Assembly: GCA_028826165.1 (NCBI GenBank)
Contig: JAPDFW010000064.1
Coordinates: forward strand, 186,001 to 250,000
Source of the DNA: Anaeramoeba ignava BMAN
Taxonomy: Eukaryota; Protista; Anaeramoebae
Reading direction: 5' to 3'
DNA length: 64,000 bases
Part shown: piece by piece, positions 24,386-37,404 of the stretch
Numbering within the stretch: position 1 is the stretch's first letter
How the letters are laid out: each line of letters begins with the position of its first letter
Program-made: the position numbers and the translations under genes
Notes under the pieces: model-generated
The model's database searches: none
What the model was told of the DNA's origin: nothing
What the model saw: only the letters and a program-made list of their open reading frames with translations

Positions 24386-24871
24386 AAGAAAAAAATGAAA
24401 AAAAAAATGAAAAAAATGAAAAAAAAAATGAAAAAAAAATAATAATTCTGACTTTTATTTTCATTTTGATTCTTACTTTAATTTTAGAATTGATTTAGAT
24501 TTTCATTTTGGAAATTGATTTTGGAATTGATTTTGATTTTGGAATTGAAATTGATTTAGATTTTGGAATTGAAATTGATTTAGATTTTGATTTTGATTTT
24601 GATTTTGAAATTGATTTAGATTGTGTTTTTAGTTTCGAAAATTATTGAAAAAACTCAACAATTTATTAAATTTACAGAATTCTCAAAACTTGAGAACTTA
24701 ATCGTTATTTCTAAGAAAATATTCCAAAAATCAAAAAATATTGAAATGAAGAAAATAATTGAGGTTATGGATTCATTTATTTTTGTTTCGAAATGAAGAA
24801 AAAGATATATTTTTGCTTTTCAGCAAATAAAAAAATTAAACATTGGAATTGCTTTTTTTGATTTTGATCAT

Positions 24872-27800
24872 TTAAATCACTTCAATATTAACAAAGCATC
24901 GGAAACTAAGTTGAGATAAAGGTTCCAAAATTACACCAACTTTTTCCAATCTTGTTTGATAAATTGATTGATAATTTTTCAATTGAAGCTTAAGAACTTT
25001 TTTACTTTCAGAAAGCAAGAAAATAAAATTATGCAAAACTTGTTCATTTAAAGCCCAACGGATCAATCCTCGAAATTTTCTGATTGGATCCGATTTTTTA
25101 GGGAAATGTTGCTTAACAGTTTCAATTGCAGTTTTCAGTTGCTGGACAATAATAGCATTTTTATCGGTTGGATCGATTTTATTATTTTTAGAGGTGTATC
25201 CAAGAAGACAATATTTAAATAAAGTCCAAACATAAATCTCTTTTGGATTATTTCCTGATTTGGATTTCAATCCAGTTCCAAGAAACATATAAAGAGGTGG
25301 AGATAGTGATTTTTCAATAAATTTTCGAATTTGTGGATTTTCATTTTCATTAAGAAGTTGGAGTTCGTTTTCTCCTTGTTGTTTTATTTCTTCGAAATAA
25401 CCGAGGAAAGAATCAACAGAGTTTTGAAGTTTGGAAATTAAAGGTTCGTCAATTTTTTCCAAATGAGTGATCCAAAAGTTTTGGAGAATTCCTTGTTTAG
25501 ATTTATTAAGATTTTTTGATAATACTTTGGCAAATATATTTTGGTTTTGATTTTTATTTTCAATTTGATTTTGATTTTGATTTTGATTTTGATTTTTGTT
25601 TTGATTTTGATTTTCATTTTGATTTTCATTTTGATTTTGATTTTGATTTTCATTTTCAATTTGATTTTCATTTTCATTTTGATTTTCATTTTGATTCTCA
25701 TTTTGATTCTCATTAGAAGACTCGTTTAAAAATAAGAATTCCTTCGAAATTTGAGTAATCCTGTCAGAAATTTGTTGATTTTCAAATTCAAGATTTGATT
25801 TGAGTTGATTTTTTTCATTTTCTTGTTGAATTTTTTCGTCTGATAAATTTTCATAAAGTTGGTCAAGTTTAAGTTGCTTAATTTGTGATTTTAATTGAAA
25901 ATCGGAATTTCTTTGTTGTTTTTTCAAGAGAAGATGGTTGCTATAGAAGATCTTTGAGTGCATACTGAGCTGAGAATTATGCATTTCGATGATTTGTGAT
26001 TGTTTTGTTTCGAGGGATTTGATTTTGCGAAGAATGGATGATAAAAGAGGAGAATTTTTTTTGGAATTTGAGATTTTTGAGATTAAAGATGAGGAAGTAT
26101 TTTTTTTGTCTTCGAATTTGACTTGAAGTTTAATGAGCTCTTCTTGCTTTTCAATCAAGTTATCTGTTGTGAAGGGAGTATTTTTTGTTTGAGCAGTTTT
26201 TGTTTTAGCGGCTGAAATTTGGGACTTAATTTCATCGATTCTGCCGTTAAGATTTTGGATTGATTTTGATTTGTTTTGGAGTTTTGATTTGTTCTGGGAG
26301 ATTTTTGAGAGAAGGGAATCGGCCTTTGCTTGAATTTTTGCGTTTAGTTCTGAATTTGTGTGAATTTTTTGGATCAAATGGGCGTTTTCTTCTCTGAAGT
26401 TTTGGAGCTGTATGCGGATGTTTGCAAGACGAGAAGAACTGAGATTAATTTCTGTTTGTGATTTTTTCATTTCGAGTTCGATTTTCTTGATCTGGATTTT
26501 GATTTTGGTTGTGAGTTCGTTGAGAACTTTCGCATCTTTTTGAAGACGGTTTTTTTTTGCAAGAAGTTCTTGGACTTGCTGGCGATTTTGGTCGATCTGG
26601 AGAGAAAGAAAATCTGCAGAGGACGACATATTTGTCTCGAGAATGAGGATGTTTGACTTTTCCATCTTTGCGTCTTCCTGGAAGCGCTTTTCTTCGAGAT
26701 GAATAAAGGATTCGAAGTCGTCGATTTCTTGTGCGATTTCAGTTTGGCGTGTCTTGATCTTGTCGATTACGCCGCTGTTCTCGATGATCTGAGAACGCAG
26801 GGTTGATTCGACATATTTATTGATGCGCATGCGCTTGTTGAGCTGGGTAGATTTCGCAACAATCTCTGCGAGTTCGAGCCTGAGAAGATGGAGATCTTGG
26901 ATGATTTTCCTGCTTGTTTTGGAGTGTCTGATCTTGATTTCGTTGATTGTTGTTGACGGATCGACCATGTTGAGTGATTCCTGAAGAGATATACTAATTG
27001 ACGTTGTTTTTGACGTTGTTTTTAACGGTTTTTTTGGATCGTTGTCGTTGATTTCCGAACGCATGTTTTCTGTCTTTGAAAAATAGTCGATCCACCACTG
27101 AACAACAGCGAAATCGGCGAGAACGCCTTTTCGTTGGCAAAATTCAAGGAAGTTGATGCACTGCTCGGGATTTGTCCAGCGCCGGATGTGCTTGTAGAGA
27201 TGTCTGATGTTGGAAATGTCGTTTGGATGCACTAAATTTTGTTTGATCAACTTGTGCGCATTTTCGTGCTGCGCGTTCTCGATAAAATAAGTGAAAAAAG
27301 AGAAGCCGTTTTTATTCTGAAGAAGTTCGAAGTTATTTTTGTTCAAGTGATTAAAAATGGAATTTGGATCGTCGAGAAATTCCGTGATAATTGGACGGTT
27401 TGCAGTGATCATTGAGTAAAGCTTCTTTGTCGAGTGCAGCAAATGGAACCACTTCTTGAACTCCTTTTTGTTGTTTGCGATGAAATTGTATCGCAGTTTC
27501 TGTGTGAAGATGATGAACGAATTTTCCGTCCCAGTTCGCGTGATATCCTTAATGTCTCCGAAGCTAAGCACATAATCAGGCTTCTTTGAATCCTGCGAGA
27601 AGATTGTGAAAAAGAACTCCTCCAAAACAACTCGTTTTCTTTGCGTCGGTTTTGATTTTTTGGAAAACTTCAGTGATCCTCCCATCCGTAAAAATCCTTC
27701 ATCATCCGTTGGGATGTAATGATACGTCGTTAAAGGCACGCTCCCTGATTTTTTATTCCGTTATGTTTTTGCGATTGCAAATCCATGTTAATTTCTGTCG

Positions 27801-28038
27801 TGAGTTTTTTTTGTTTTTTTTGTTTTTCTTTTGATCTTTTTTTTCATTTACCGATCCGCCAGTTTTGATACCAAAATTCTAATGATATTGGTATCGAATC
27901 TTGTGAGAAAACAACTGCGTTTCCGTGCCGCTCCTTTCCGTCTTCATTCAAATACTGGAAGTATCTGCGCATCCGTGTTTTTTGGTTGAATTCATCACTT
28001 ATATATGCATTTTCAATTTCTGTAAATAATTCTTCCAT
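24872..28038 (-). CDS. PH domain / long coiled coil / RUN domain protein; exons 28038-27852, 27744-24872
   Basis: PH: KRVVLEEFFFTIF...NSFIIFTQKLRYNFIANNKKEFKKWFHLL. Heptad-rich middle region. RUN-like end: FLGTGLK...VW...RGLIRWALNEQVLH. The GT-AG intron joins WRIG|SVP in frame. Confidence 0.72.
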
Positions 28039-28262
28039 TATTTATTTTATATTTTTTAACAAAAAAAAAGAAGTTATTTTAAGGAGAATGAAGAAAGAAG
28101 AAGAGAAAAAAAATGAATCTTTTTTTTTTTTTTAAAAGAGAAAAATTTTTTTATTAAATTAAAAAACAATTAAAAAACAAATTAAAAACAAATTAAAAAC
28201 AAATTAAAAACAAATTAAAAACTTTAAAAACAATTTAAAAAACAATTTAAAAACAAAAATTT

Positions 28263-28830
28263 TCAATTAATTTCCATTCCAAAATTAATTAATTCAATTT
28301 CAATCTCTGTTTCATTTGGAATTTGTGATTTTATCTTTTCATCTTCAGTATAAATTTCAAAATCTACAAAATCTACTTCATCTTCATTTACTTTTGGAAT
28401 TTGATTTAAAATATAATTATCAATAATATTTGTTGACATCTCTTTATTAAATAAATTAATAAATTAATAAATAATACAAATTAAATAAATATATAGAAAG
28501 AATAATGAAATATTTTTTTTCAAATATTTTTTTCTTTTATATCAACAAGTCCACTTTTAGATAAACAACTTTTTAAATTAAATTTTAATTAAAATCAGAC
28601 AATAATATAATTTTATTAAAAAGAATAACGTCATCCATTTATTTTTCTTTAATAAACTTTTTCCCATTTTTTATTTAAGAAAAGAGATTTAAAAAGATAA
28701 CATTTATTTATTTATTAAAATAAATAAGATCATAAATAAGATCAAAAATTAAATTTCAAAATCTTCATTCACTTTTGGAATTTGATTTAAAATATAATTA
28801 TTAATAATATTTGTTGATATTCCTCTATTA
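28263..28830 (-). pseudogene. Duplicated coding-like fragments (58-codon acidic ORF 28439-28263 and a degenerate copy at about 28750-28825)
   Basis: STNIIDNYILNQIPKVNED occurs twice about 380 bp apart; no recognisable family. Confidence 0.35.
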
Positions 28831-29005
28831 AATAATTTATAAAAAAGCAAAATCTACTTTTCTAAATAAAAATTAAATAAAAAGGAGAATTTCAATTAAA
28901 TATTTTTTTTTCTCCTTTTTTTATTTGCCAAATTTTTTTTCATTTTTTCATTTTTCATTTTTCATTTTTCATTTTTTCATTTTTATTTTTCATTTTTATT
29001 TTTCA

Positions 29006-32000
29006 ATGGATCAATTAAAAAATTTAAAAAATAAGAAAAAACGTTCATATAAAAGAACAAATTTAACAAGAACAACAAGTCAAACATTAACGGAAAAAGA
29101 ACAAACAGATAAAGAAGAAGAAAGAATAAGGAAAGAATTAGAAGAAAAAGAAAGAATAAGGAAAGAATTAGAAGAAAAAGAAAGAATTAGAAAGCAACAA
29201 GAAGAAGAAGAAGAAAGAATTAGAAAGCAAAAAGAAGAAGAAGAAAGAATTAGAAAGCAACAAGAAGAAGAAGAAGAAAGAATTAGAAAACAAAAAGAAG
29301 AAGAAGAAAGAATTAGAAAACAAGAAGAAGAAGAAGAAAGAATTAGAAAACAAAAAGAAGAAGAAGAAAGAATTAGAAAACAACAACAACAACAAGAAGA
29401 AGAAAGAATTAGAAAACAAAAAGAAGAAGAAGAAAGAATTAGAAAACAAGAAGAAGAAGAAAGAATTAGAAAACAAAAAGAAGAAGAAGAAAGAATTAGA
29501 AAACAACAACAACAAAAAGAAGAAGAAAGAATTAGAAAACAAAAAGAAGAAGAAAGAATTAGAAAAGAAGAAGAAGAAAGAATTAGAAAACAAAAAGAAG
29601 AAGAAGAAAGAATTAAAAAGCAAGAAGAAGAAAGAATTAAAAAAGAAAAAGAAGAAGAAGAAATAATTAAAAAGCAACAACAACAAGAAGAAAAAATGCA
29701 AAAAGAACTTGAAAAAGATGAACACAAAGAAAATACAAATGAAAATGATACTGAAAATCCAAATCAAAACGTAGAATTTAAAAATCAAATTTACATTCCA
29801 AAACATTAAAAAATTTTCTCATTTAAAAAAATACATTTTCAAAATTATAAACAAAATTTTAACTATAAAAGGTTGAGAAAATTACATTACAAGCACCACC
29901 ATCTCCTAGAGTATTGCCACCTCCTCCAAAAAATTTACCACCTCCTCCAGTTAATCCAAAATTGCAAAAAGAAGAAGAAAAAATTCAAGAGAAAAAAGAA
30001 AAAGTTATTAATTATGATGAAAAACCTCATCTTCGTAAAAAATTATTTATTTATTTAAAATGAACAACAAAAATTCCAAATTTAAAAATTATAAAAAAAA
30101 ATATAAATTAAATATAAATAAAATTATAAATAAAATTATAAAATAAAATTATAAATAAATTATAAATAAACTTATAAATTAAATTATAAATAAAATTATA
30201 AATAAAATTATAAATAAAATTATAAATAAAATTATAAATTAAATAATAAATAAAATTATAAATTGAATTATAAATAAAATAATAAATAAAATTATAAATA
30301 AAATTATAAATTAAATTATAAAAAAAATTATAAATAAAATTATAAATTAAATTATAAATTAAATTATAAATAAAATTATAAATTAAATTATAAATAAAAT
30401 TATAAATAAAATTATAAATAAATTATAAATTAAAATTATAAATTAAATTATAAATTAAATTATAAATTATATAAATAAAATAAATAAAAAATTATAAATA
30501 AAAATATAAATTAAATTATAAATAAAAATTATAAATTAAATTATAAAATAAAAAAATTATAAAAATTATAAATAAATATTTAAAAGTTCTTGAAAGTTCT
30601 TTTCAAACTGATCGTTCAGAATGGTTAAATTATAAATTTTTATAAACAAATTAAATAAAATTATAAATAAATTATAAATAAAATTATAAACAAAAATTAA
30701 AATAAATAAAATTATAATTAAAAAATAAATTAAATTATAGGTTTATAAATTTAAACATTTTTAAAAATGAAAAACCAATTAAATTAATTATAATATTTCA
30801 TTTCAAAAATATAAATATAATATAAATAAAAAAAAAAATATTAAAGAATTAAACTTGCAAAAGTTCGTGAAAATTTATAAATAAAATTATAAATTGTTTT
30901 AAACTTAATATGCAACATCTTGTTTGTAAAAATAAATTTAAAAACAAAATCAATTATTGAAAAAGAAACATAAATATAAAATTATAAATAAAAATGTAAA
31001 AATTATAAAAAAATTTAAATTTAAAAATTTAATTTAAAAATTTATTCTTTGATTTTCTTTATAAATAAATTATAAATTATTTAACTGATTCAATAAACTT
31101 AAATAAAATATTTAAAAAGTTCTTGAAAGTTCTTTTCAAACTGATATTGAAAACAAGTTTTTGGGAAATCCAGAAATTAAAAGATCCTCAAGATGATGAA
31201 AGATAAAAAGGTTTATTATTTAAACAAAAAATGAAAAAACAATTGAATTATATATTTATTTCAAAAATATATAATATAGTTTTTTAAAAACCTTTTTACT
31301 TAAAATTGAAAATTTATTGCAACTTATTATGCAAAATTTAAAATCAAAAAATTTAAAATTAAAATTAAATTTAAAATTAAAATTAAAATTAAAATTAAAA
31401 TCAAATTAAAATTAAAGATTAAAATTAAAAATAAAGAAGATGAAAAATTAAAATTAAAATTCATATTTTATAAAATTAAAATTAAAATTAAAATTAAAAT
31501 TAAAATTAAAATTCATTTTAAAATTAAAATTAAAATTAAAATTAAAATTAAAATTCATTTTGAAAATTAAAATTAAAATTAAAATTCATTTTGAAAATTA
31601 AAATTAAAATTATAAAAAAAGATTTGAAACTGAAGAAGAAGAATCTTTAGATGATGTCTATATTTGGAAAGAACCAAATGATTCAGAATCAAATATCCTT
31701 TTAGCAGATAAATGTAATTATTATAATCATTTTAATTTGTTTTTTTTTTTAAATTAAAAAATTTTCATAAAATATAAAAAATAGCTGAAATCAAAGCAGC
31801 AAATCTTAATAAATTAATTGAGAAATTAACTTCTCAACAAAATTATGGAGTAACTCTTGATACATTTTTAATGACTTATCAATCATTTACAACACCTAAA
31901 AAACTTTTAACAAAATTAATTCAAAGGTGAATAAAATTTTTTACTTTTAAATTTCGAAAAAAAAAAACATCAACAATAAAATATTTTTTTTATTCGAAAT

Positions 32001-33505
32001 TTAAATAGATATCATGTTCCAAAAACTCAAAATGAAAATGAAGATGAATATGCTAAAAGAAAAAAAGTTATTCAAATTAAAGTTATAAATGTTTGCACTA
32101 AATGGATTGAAAATCATTTTTCAGATTTTACAGAAAAAATTCTTAAGGAGTTGCATGAATTTATTGATCAAACATTAGCTCAAGATGATAAATTGATTGC
32201 TAAAAAACTGAGAGATACAGTTATTAAAAAACAAAAAGGGATTGATAAGAAAAAGATTATTCATGAATCAGAAAATATTCCTGAACCAAAAGTTCCAAAG
32301 AATATTTTTAATTCTTCTTTGTCTCTTCTTGATGTAGATGAAGAAGAGATAGCAAGACAACTTACTTTAGTTGAATTTGATATATTTTCACAAATTAAAG
32401 TAATTTTGAAAATTAAAATTAAAATTAAAATTAAAATTAAAATTAAAATTAAAATTAAAATTAAAATTGAAATTAAAATTAAAATTGAAATTAAAATTCA
32501 TTTTGAAAATTAAAATTAAAATTAAAATTATTTAAAAATCAAAAATTTTGAAAATAAAAATCAAAAATTTTGAAATTTAAATTAAAATTAAAACTAAAAT
32601 TCATTTTGAAAATTAAAATTAAAATTAAAATTAAAATTAAAATTAAAATTAAAATTAAAATTAAAATTAAAATTCATTTTGAAAATTAAAATTTAAATTA
32701 AAATTAAAATTAAAATTAAAATTAAAATTAAAATTAAAATTAAAATTTAAATTAAAATTAAAATTAAAATTAAAATTAAAATTCATTTATAAAATTCATT
32801 TTAAAATTAAAATTCATTTTGAAATTTAAAATTCATTTCGAAATTTAGCCTTCAGAACTTTTAAATCAAGCATGGAGTAAACCAAAACTTAGACATCGAG
32901 CTAAAAATGTTTTAGCAATGATTCAAAGATTTAATGATCTTTCAGGATGGGTTTCAACAACAATTATTAATTGTGATAAATTAAAGCATCGAGTAAGAGT
33001 GTTAACAAGATTTTTAAAAATACTAGAATTTTGTCGACAATTAAACAACTTCAATGCAGTTATGGCACTACTAGCTGGATTCAATTCATCAGCTATTTAT
33101 CGACTAAAATTCACATGGGGAGAAATACCAAGAAGACAAATTGAAGTTTTTGATCAACTTGAAAAAGAAATGTCAAGTGATTCATCTTATAAAGGTTATA
33201 GAGAAGCTTTGAAAGGAGTAAATCCACCTTGTATTCCTTATCTTGGTGTGCATTTGACAGATTTAACTTTTATTGAGGATGGAAATCCTGATTTTATCGG
33301 AAATTTGATTAATTTTTCTAAAAGATTACAAATTAGTAAAGTTATAAGAAATATTCAACAATATCAACAAAAAGGTTATGAATTACAACCGGTTCATCAA
33401 ATTCAACAACTCTTGATTAAGTTTAAAAATCTTGGAGAAACAGAAACTTATGATAAATCATTAAAGATTGAACCAAGAAATGCTGATATTGAAGATATTC
33501 AGTAA
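29006..33505 (+). CDS. RasGEF (REM + CDC25) with N-terminal charged EEERIRKQ repeat and Pro-rich segment; probably LisH-type; 30050-31600 garbled
   Basis: IKAANLNKLIEKLT, FLMTYQSFTTP (REM); EIARQLTL, QAWSK, NNFNAVMA...SSAIYRLKFTW, PPCIPYLGVHLTDLTFIEDGN, LINFSK, SLKIEPR (CDC25). Confidence 0.9.
29105..29700 (+). repeat. Coding tandem repeat of about 27-36 nt units encoding (E)EEERIRKQ(K/Q)
   Basis: About 19 copies visible; E/R/K pattern of a single alpha-helix. Confidence 0.9.
30085..30580 (+). repeat. (TAAATAAAATTA)n-type intronic AT satellite
   Basis: Directly visible; same unit type as BEACH intron 1. Confidence 0.8.
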
Positions 33506-34048
33506 TAATAATAATTATAATAACAATTATAATTCCCTTTTTTTTTAAATCTTTTTTTTTCCATTTTTTCATTTTCTAATTTCTTTAATTGATTTTGTAA
33601 GAGTTTTTGTTTTTAAAATTAAAAAAAAACAAAAACAATTTAATAATAAAAAAAAAATTAAAATTAAAAAAAATTTAATTAAAAATTTGATAAAAAAACA
33701 TTTAATCAAAAAAAAAAAGAAAAGAAGAAAGTAAAAAAGAAAAGTAAAGTAAAGAAAAGAAAATTCAATAAACTGGAAAACAGAAAAAAAAAAAGAATGA
33801 ATGAATGAATGAATGAATAAATGAACGATTCAAAATCATTCTAAAAAAAAATATAAGATCTTTTTTTTTCTCTTTTTTGAAAAAAAAAAAATAAGATCTT
33901 TCAATCAAAATATATCTCAAATAAAAAGAGAAGAAAAAGCATGAAAGAAGTATGCATTAAAAGGGGAAGAGTAAATCTAAGTAATAAAAGAAGAAAGAGA
34001 AGCGAATGAACAAGATAGTTTGCCAAGAAAAAACGAAAGAAAAAAAAA

Positions 34049-36023
34049 CTATTTGATATTTCTCCAAATTGGAACACGTTTTGAAGGAACATTGAAAGAT
34101 TGGCTCTGTATCGTTTCAGATTCTGTCTGATGAGATTTAGCATACAAATGTGGTTCAACGAATTCATTTGCAGGCGAACTGCGCATTTTGTTTCGGGGGA
34201 TATCATGATTAATAGCGATATTAATTGGGACACTAACACCCAAATTAGGGATTTTAACGGATTTTTCATCGTTAGTTTGACTGATTTTGATTCCCTTTTT
34301 GCTTGTAACTTCGACAAGATTATCATCACCAACGGTGTTATCGTCTATGCTCTCGATTGCGTCATACAGATCCATTTGTTCTTTTGCGTCTTTGTGATTG
34401 TTACCTGTGTTTTCTTGGATTTGTTCATCAAATGCAAAGACAGCTGAAAATTCATCTGGAGCTTTTTCGATATTTGATTTGGATCGTGTTGGTTTTAATC
34501 TTCTCGCGTGTGGACTTATTTCGATTGCACTTGTTGTTGTTTGCATAGATTCTTTTTTTATATTTATTTTCGATTTTCGATTTTCGTTTTTTGACTTGGT
34601 TTGTCCGTTGGACTTTTCAAAGTCCTTAGTTGCTTGATTCCATAATATATTCCTTTCTGTGATCAATGTTTCGCGAAATTTACGAAACTCTATTTTCTGT
34701 TGTTGTTTAAATTCCCGCATTTTTTTTTGTTGTTCTGTTTTTTTTTCTTCGATGATTTTGTGAATTTGATCCTCTAATTCTTCAAAATGTTTCTGATATT
34801 CTCGATTCATGTTTTTTTCTGATGTGATTGTATATGGATATTCCGCTGTCTGTGTATTTGTTGGATTTGGCCCAGGAAGTTTGATTCGAAAAAATTTCGA
34901 AATTCCCTTTTCATTTTCTTTTTTGAAATCATTTTCTAATTTTCTCAACTTTTTTTTATTTTCAAAATGAATTTTAATTTCAAAATGAATTTTAATTTCA
35001 AAATGAATTTTAATTTTAATTTTAATTTTAATTTTAATTTTAATTTTAATTTTAATTTTAATTTTAATATTGATTTTAATTTTAATATTGATTTTAATTT
35101 TAATTTTAATTTTAATTTGAATTTTATTTTTAATTTTAATTTTAATTTTAATTTTGATTTTGATTTTAATTTTAATTTTCAAAATGAATTTTAAATTTAA
35201 TTTGAATTTATAAATGAATTTTAATTTTATTTTTAATTTTTGTTGATTTTGATTTTAATTTTAATTTTAATTTTAATTTTAATTTTAATTTTAATTTTCA
35301 AAATGAATTTTAATTTTGATTTTAATTTTAATTTTAATTTTAATTTTAATTTTATTTTTAATTTTAATTTTAATTTTAATTTTAATTTTAATTTTAATTT
35401 TAATTTGATTTTAAATTTGAATTTTAATTTTCAAAATTTTAATTTTAATTTTAATTTTAATTTTATTTTTAATTTTAAATTTAATTTTAATTTTAATTTT
35501 AATTTTAATTTTAATTTTCAAAATGAATTTTAATTTTAATTTTATTTTTAATTTTTGTTGATTTTTTTTTTTTGATTTGGCAAAATTTACTTTTGAATCA
35601 AAGATTATTGTTTTATTATCAGACTTCTTCACAAGAAAAACATTTTGATCACAATTTTTGCAACAAATTAAATTGTATTCATCAATTCCAATCTCTTTTA
35701 TTAATATTTTATGTTCCTTTTTAAATATTAAATTTATTTTAATTTATTTTAATTTATAAAAAAAAAACAAAATAAAAAATTTTTAATAAATTAAATTTTC
35801 ATAATAAAAAAATTTTTTTTCTTTTTATCATTTTAAATAAAATTTTTTTCAAACTTCTTACAAAATGTATTTTATCTTGAGGGATTGATCCAAAAAATGG
35901 TTCTGTAAATTTTACTTTTGATAAAATTGTTTCAAAAGTTTTTAAATCTTCATCAGTAAATTTTTTGGGTTCTGTTATACAGAAAATTACATTCAAACAA
36001 TTGCAAGAATAATTTGAACTCAT
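34049..36023 (-). CDS. Uncharacterised protein with N-terminal CxC...CxxC zinc-binding-like domain, coiled coil and disordered tail; possibly PRAS40/Lobe-like
   Basis: Exons about 36023-35862, 35716-35591, 34948-34049: SCNCLNV...ICCKNCDQNVF...ISKFFRIKL...coiled coil...VFAFDE...GVSVPINI...FVEPH. One frameshift at about 35697. Confidence 0.5.
34960..35555 (-). repeat. Intronic (AAAATT)n with AAAATTCATTTTG variants
   Basis: Directly visible; similar arrays at 32405-32830 and 53340-54575. Confidence 0.88.
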
Positions 36024-36260
36024 TTTAAAAAAATTTTTTTCTGTTTAATTTTTAATTTATTTTTTTTAAATTTATTTTTAATTTTATTTTTTATTATTAT
36101 TTTATGAACTAAGTGAAAGAAAGTAAACAAGACAAAATAGAAAAAAAAAATAAAAAGAAAAATGAAAGAAAAAAATTTTTTTAAATTAAAAAAAAAATAA
36201 AAAAAAAATAAAATTATTAATTATTTGAATAAATTGAGTAATTTATTTTTTTTATTTCTT

Positions 36261-37355
36261 TTATTGTTGCTTTTTTTTCTCACAAAGATAAACCCAATTA
36301 TCAGAATTAAATGTTTCAGAAATTAAATTAATATTTTCAAATTTTTCAATTAATTCTTTTAATTCTCCTTTATAAAATAAATGATAATATCTTTTTAATT
36401 CAATTTGTTCTTGATCTTTTTCTAATTGTTTTTGATTAAAAAATCTTTTTTGAAGTTTCCAAGGAATCATAACATCTTGTTTTTCATATTTTTTCTTTAT
36501 ATTTATTTAATTTTTAATTTTTAAAACTGATTATTTTTTTTTTTTGGATTAAAGATTTACTTTTTGTTCAAATGCCCAAACTGTTATTAAAATGTGTCCT
36601 CCAGGTTTTGTAATTCGAAATAATTCCTTTTTTTTTAAGAAAATTTAAAAATTGAAAAATTAAAAAATTAAAATTAAAAAATTAAAATCAAACTTGAAGA
36701 GCAAGAATTCTTCTATCAATTGTTGAGAAATGATGTAAAACTGCGATTGAGATTACTTTATCCTGATAAAAAGAATATTATATTATATATATATTTTTTT
36801 AACAAAATAAAATCAAAAAGAAAATTAAAACAAATTTTCTTTTTCAAAATTTTAGGTATTTTAAACTACAAAAAAATTTGATCGAAGAGAAAGATTAAGA
36901 TTGTCATCAATAATTATCGAAGTTTTCATTTGGCAAGTTGGGAGATTATTAAGGTTATTTGCTATTTTTGCTAATTCTTCATTTCTATCAGATCCTAAAG
37001 TGAAAATATTTTCTGAAACTCTACAATTTTTTCCATTTCCACATCCGATATCTGCAACTAAAGAACCACATTCTGAATTTGAAATGAAATCAAAAACTTG
37101 TGGCCAAACTTTTTTTCTTGTTTGATTAAAATGTTCTGCGATTTGTGAATAAGTTTGATTAACAAATTTTGATTCAAAATCATCTGCATTTATTTCATTT
37201 TCTTTTTCAATTTCATTTTGATTTTCTTTTTCAATTTCTTTTTCAATTTCTTTTTCAATTTCTTTTTCAATTTCATTTTGATTTTCTTTTTCAATTTCTT
37301 TTTCAATTTCTTTTTCAATTTCTTTTTCAATTTCTTTTTCAATTTCTTTTTCCAT
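36261..37355 (-). CDS. TRM9: tRNA wobble-uridine methyltransferase Trm9/ALKBH8 methyltransferase-domain protein; 4 exons
   Basis: FESKFVNQTYSQIAEHFNQTR..VWPQV...GSLVADIGCGNGK...ISIAVLHHFST..RR...KPGG.ILITVWAFEQ...QDVMIPW...RYYHLFYKGEL...NW. N-terminal (EKEI)n repeat. Confidence 0.9.
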
Positions 37356-37404
37356 TTCTTTAGAAAAATGAAAAATGAAAAATCAAAAATCAAATTTTCT
37401 TCCA

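Noticed and set aside
29105-29700. Regular repeats resembling a CRISPR array
   Set aside because: No unique spacers; this is an in-frame coding repeat in a eukaryotic gene.
30050-31620. Duplicated exon-like strings in the RasGEF, considered as mutually exclusive exons
   Set aside because: Neither copy has an open frame or clean splice sites, and the surroundings are visibly degraded.
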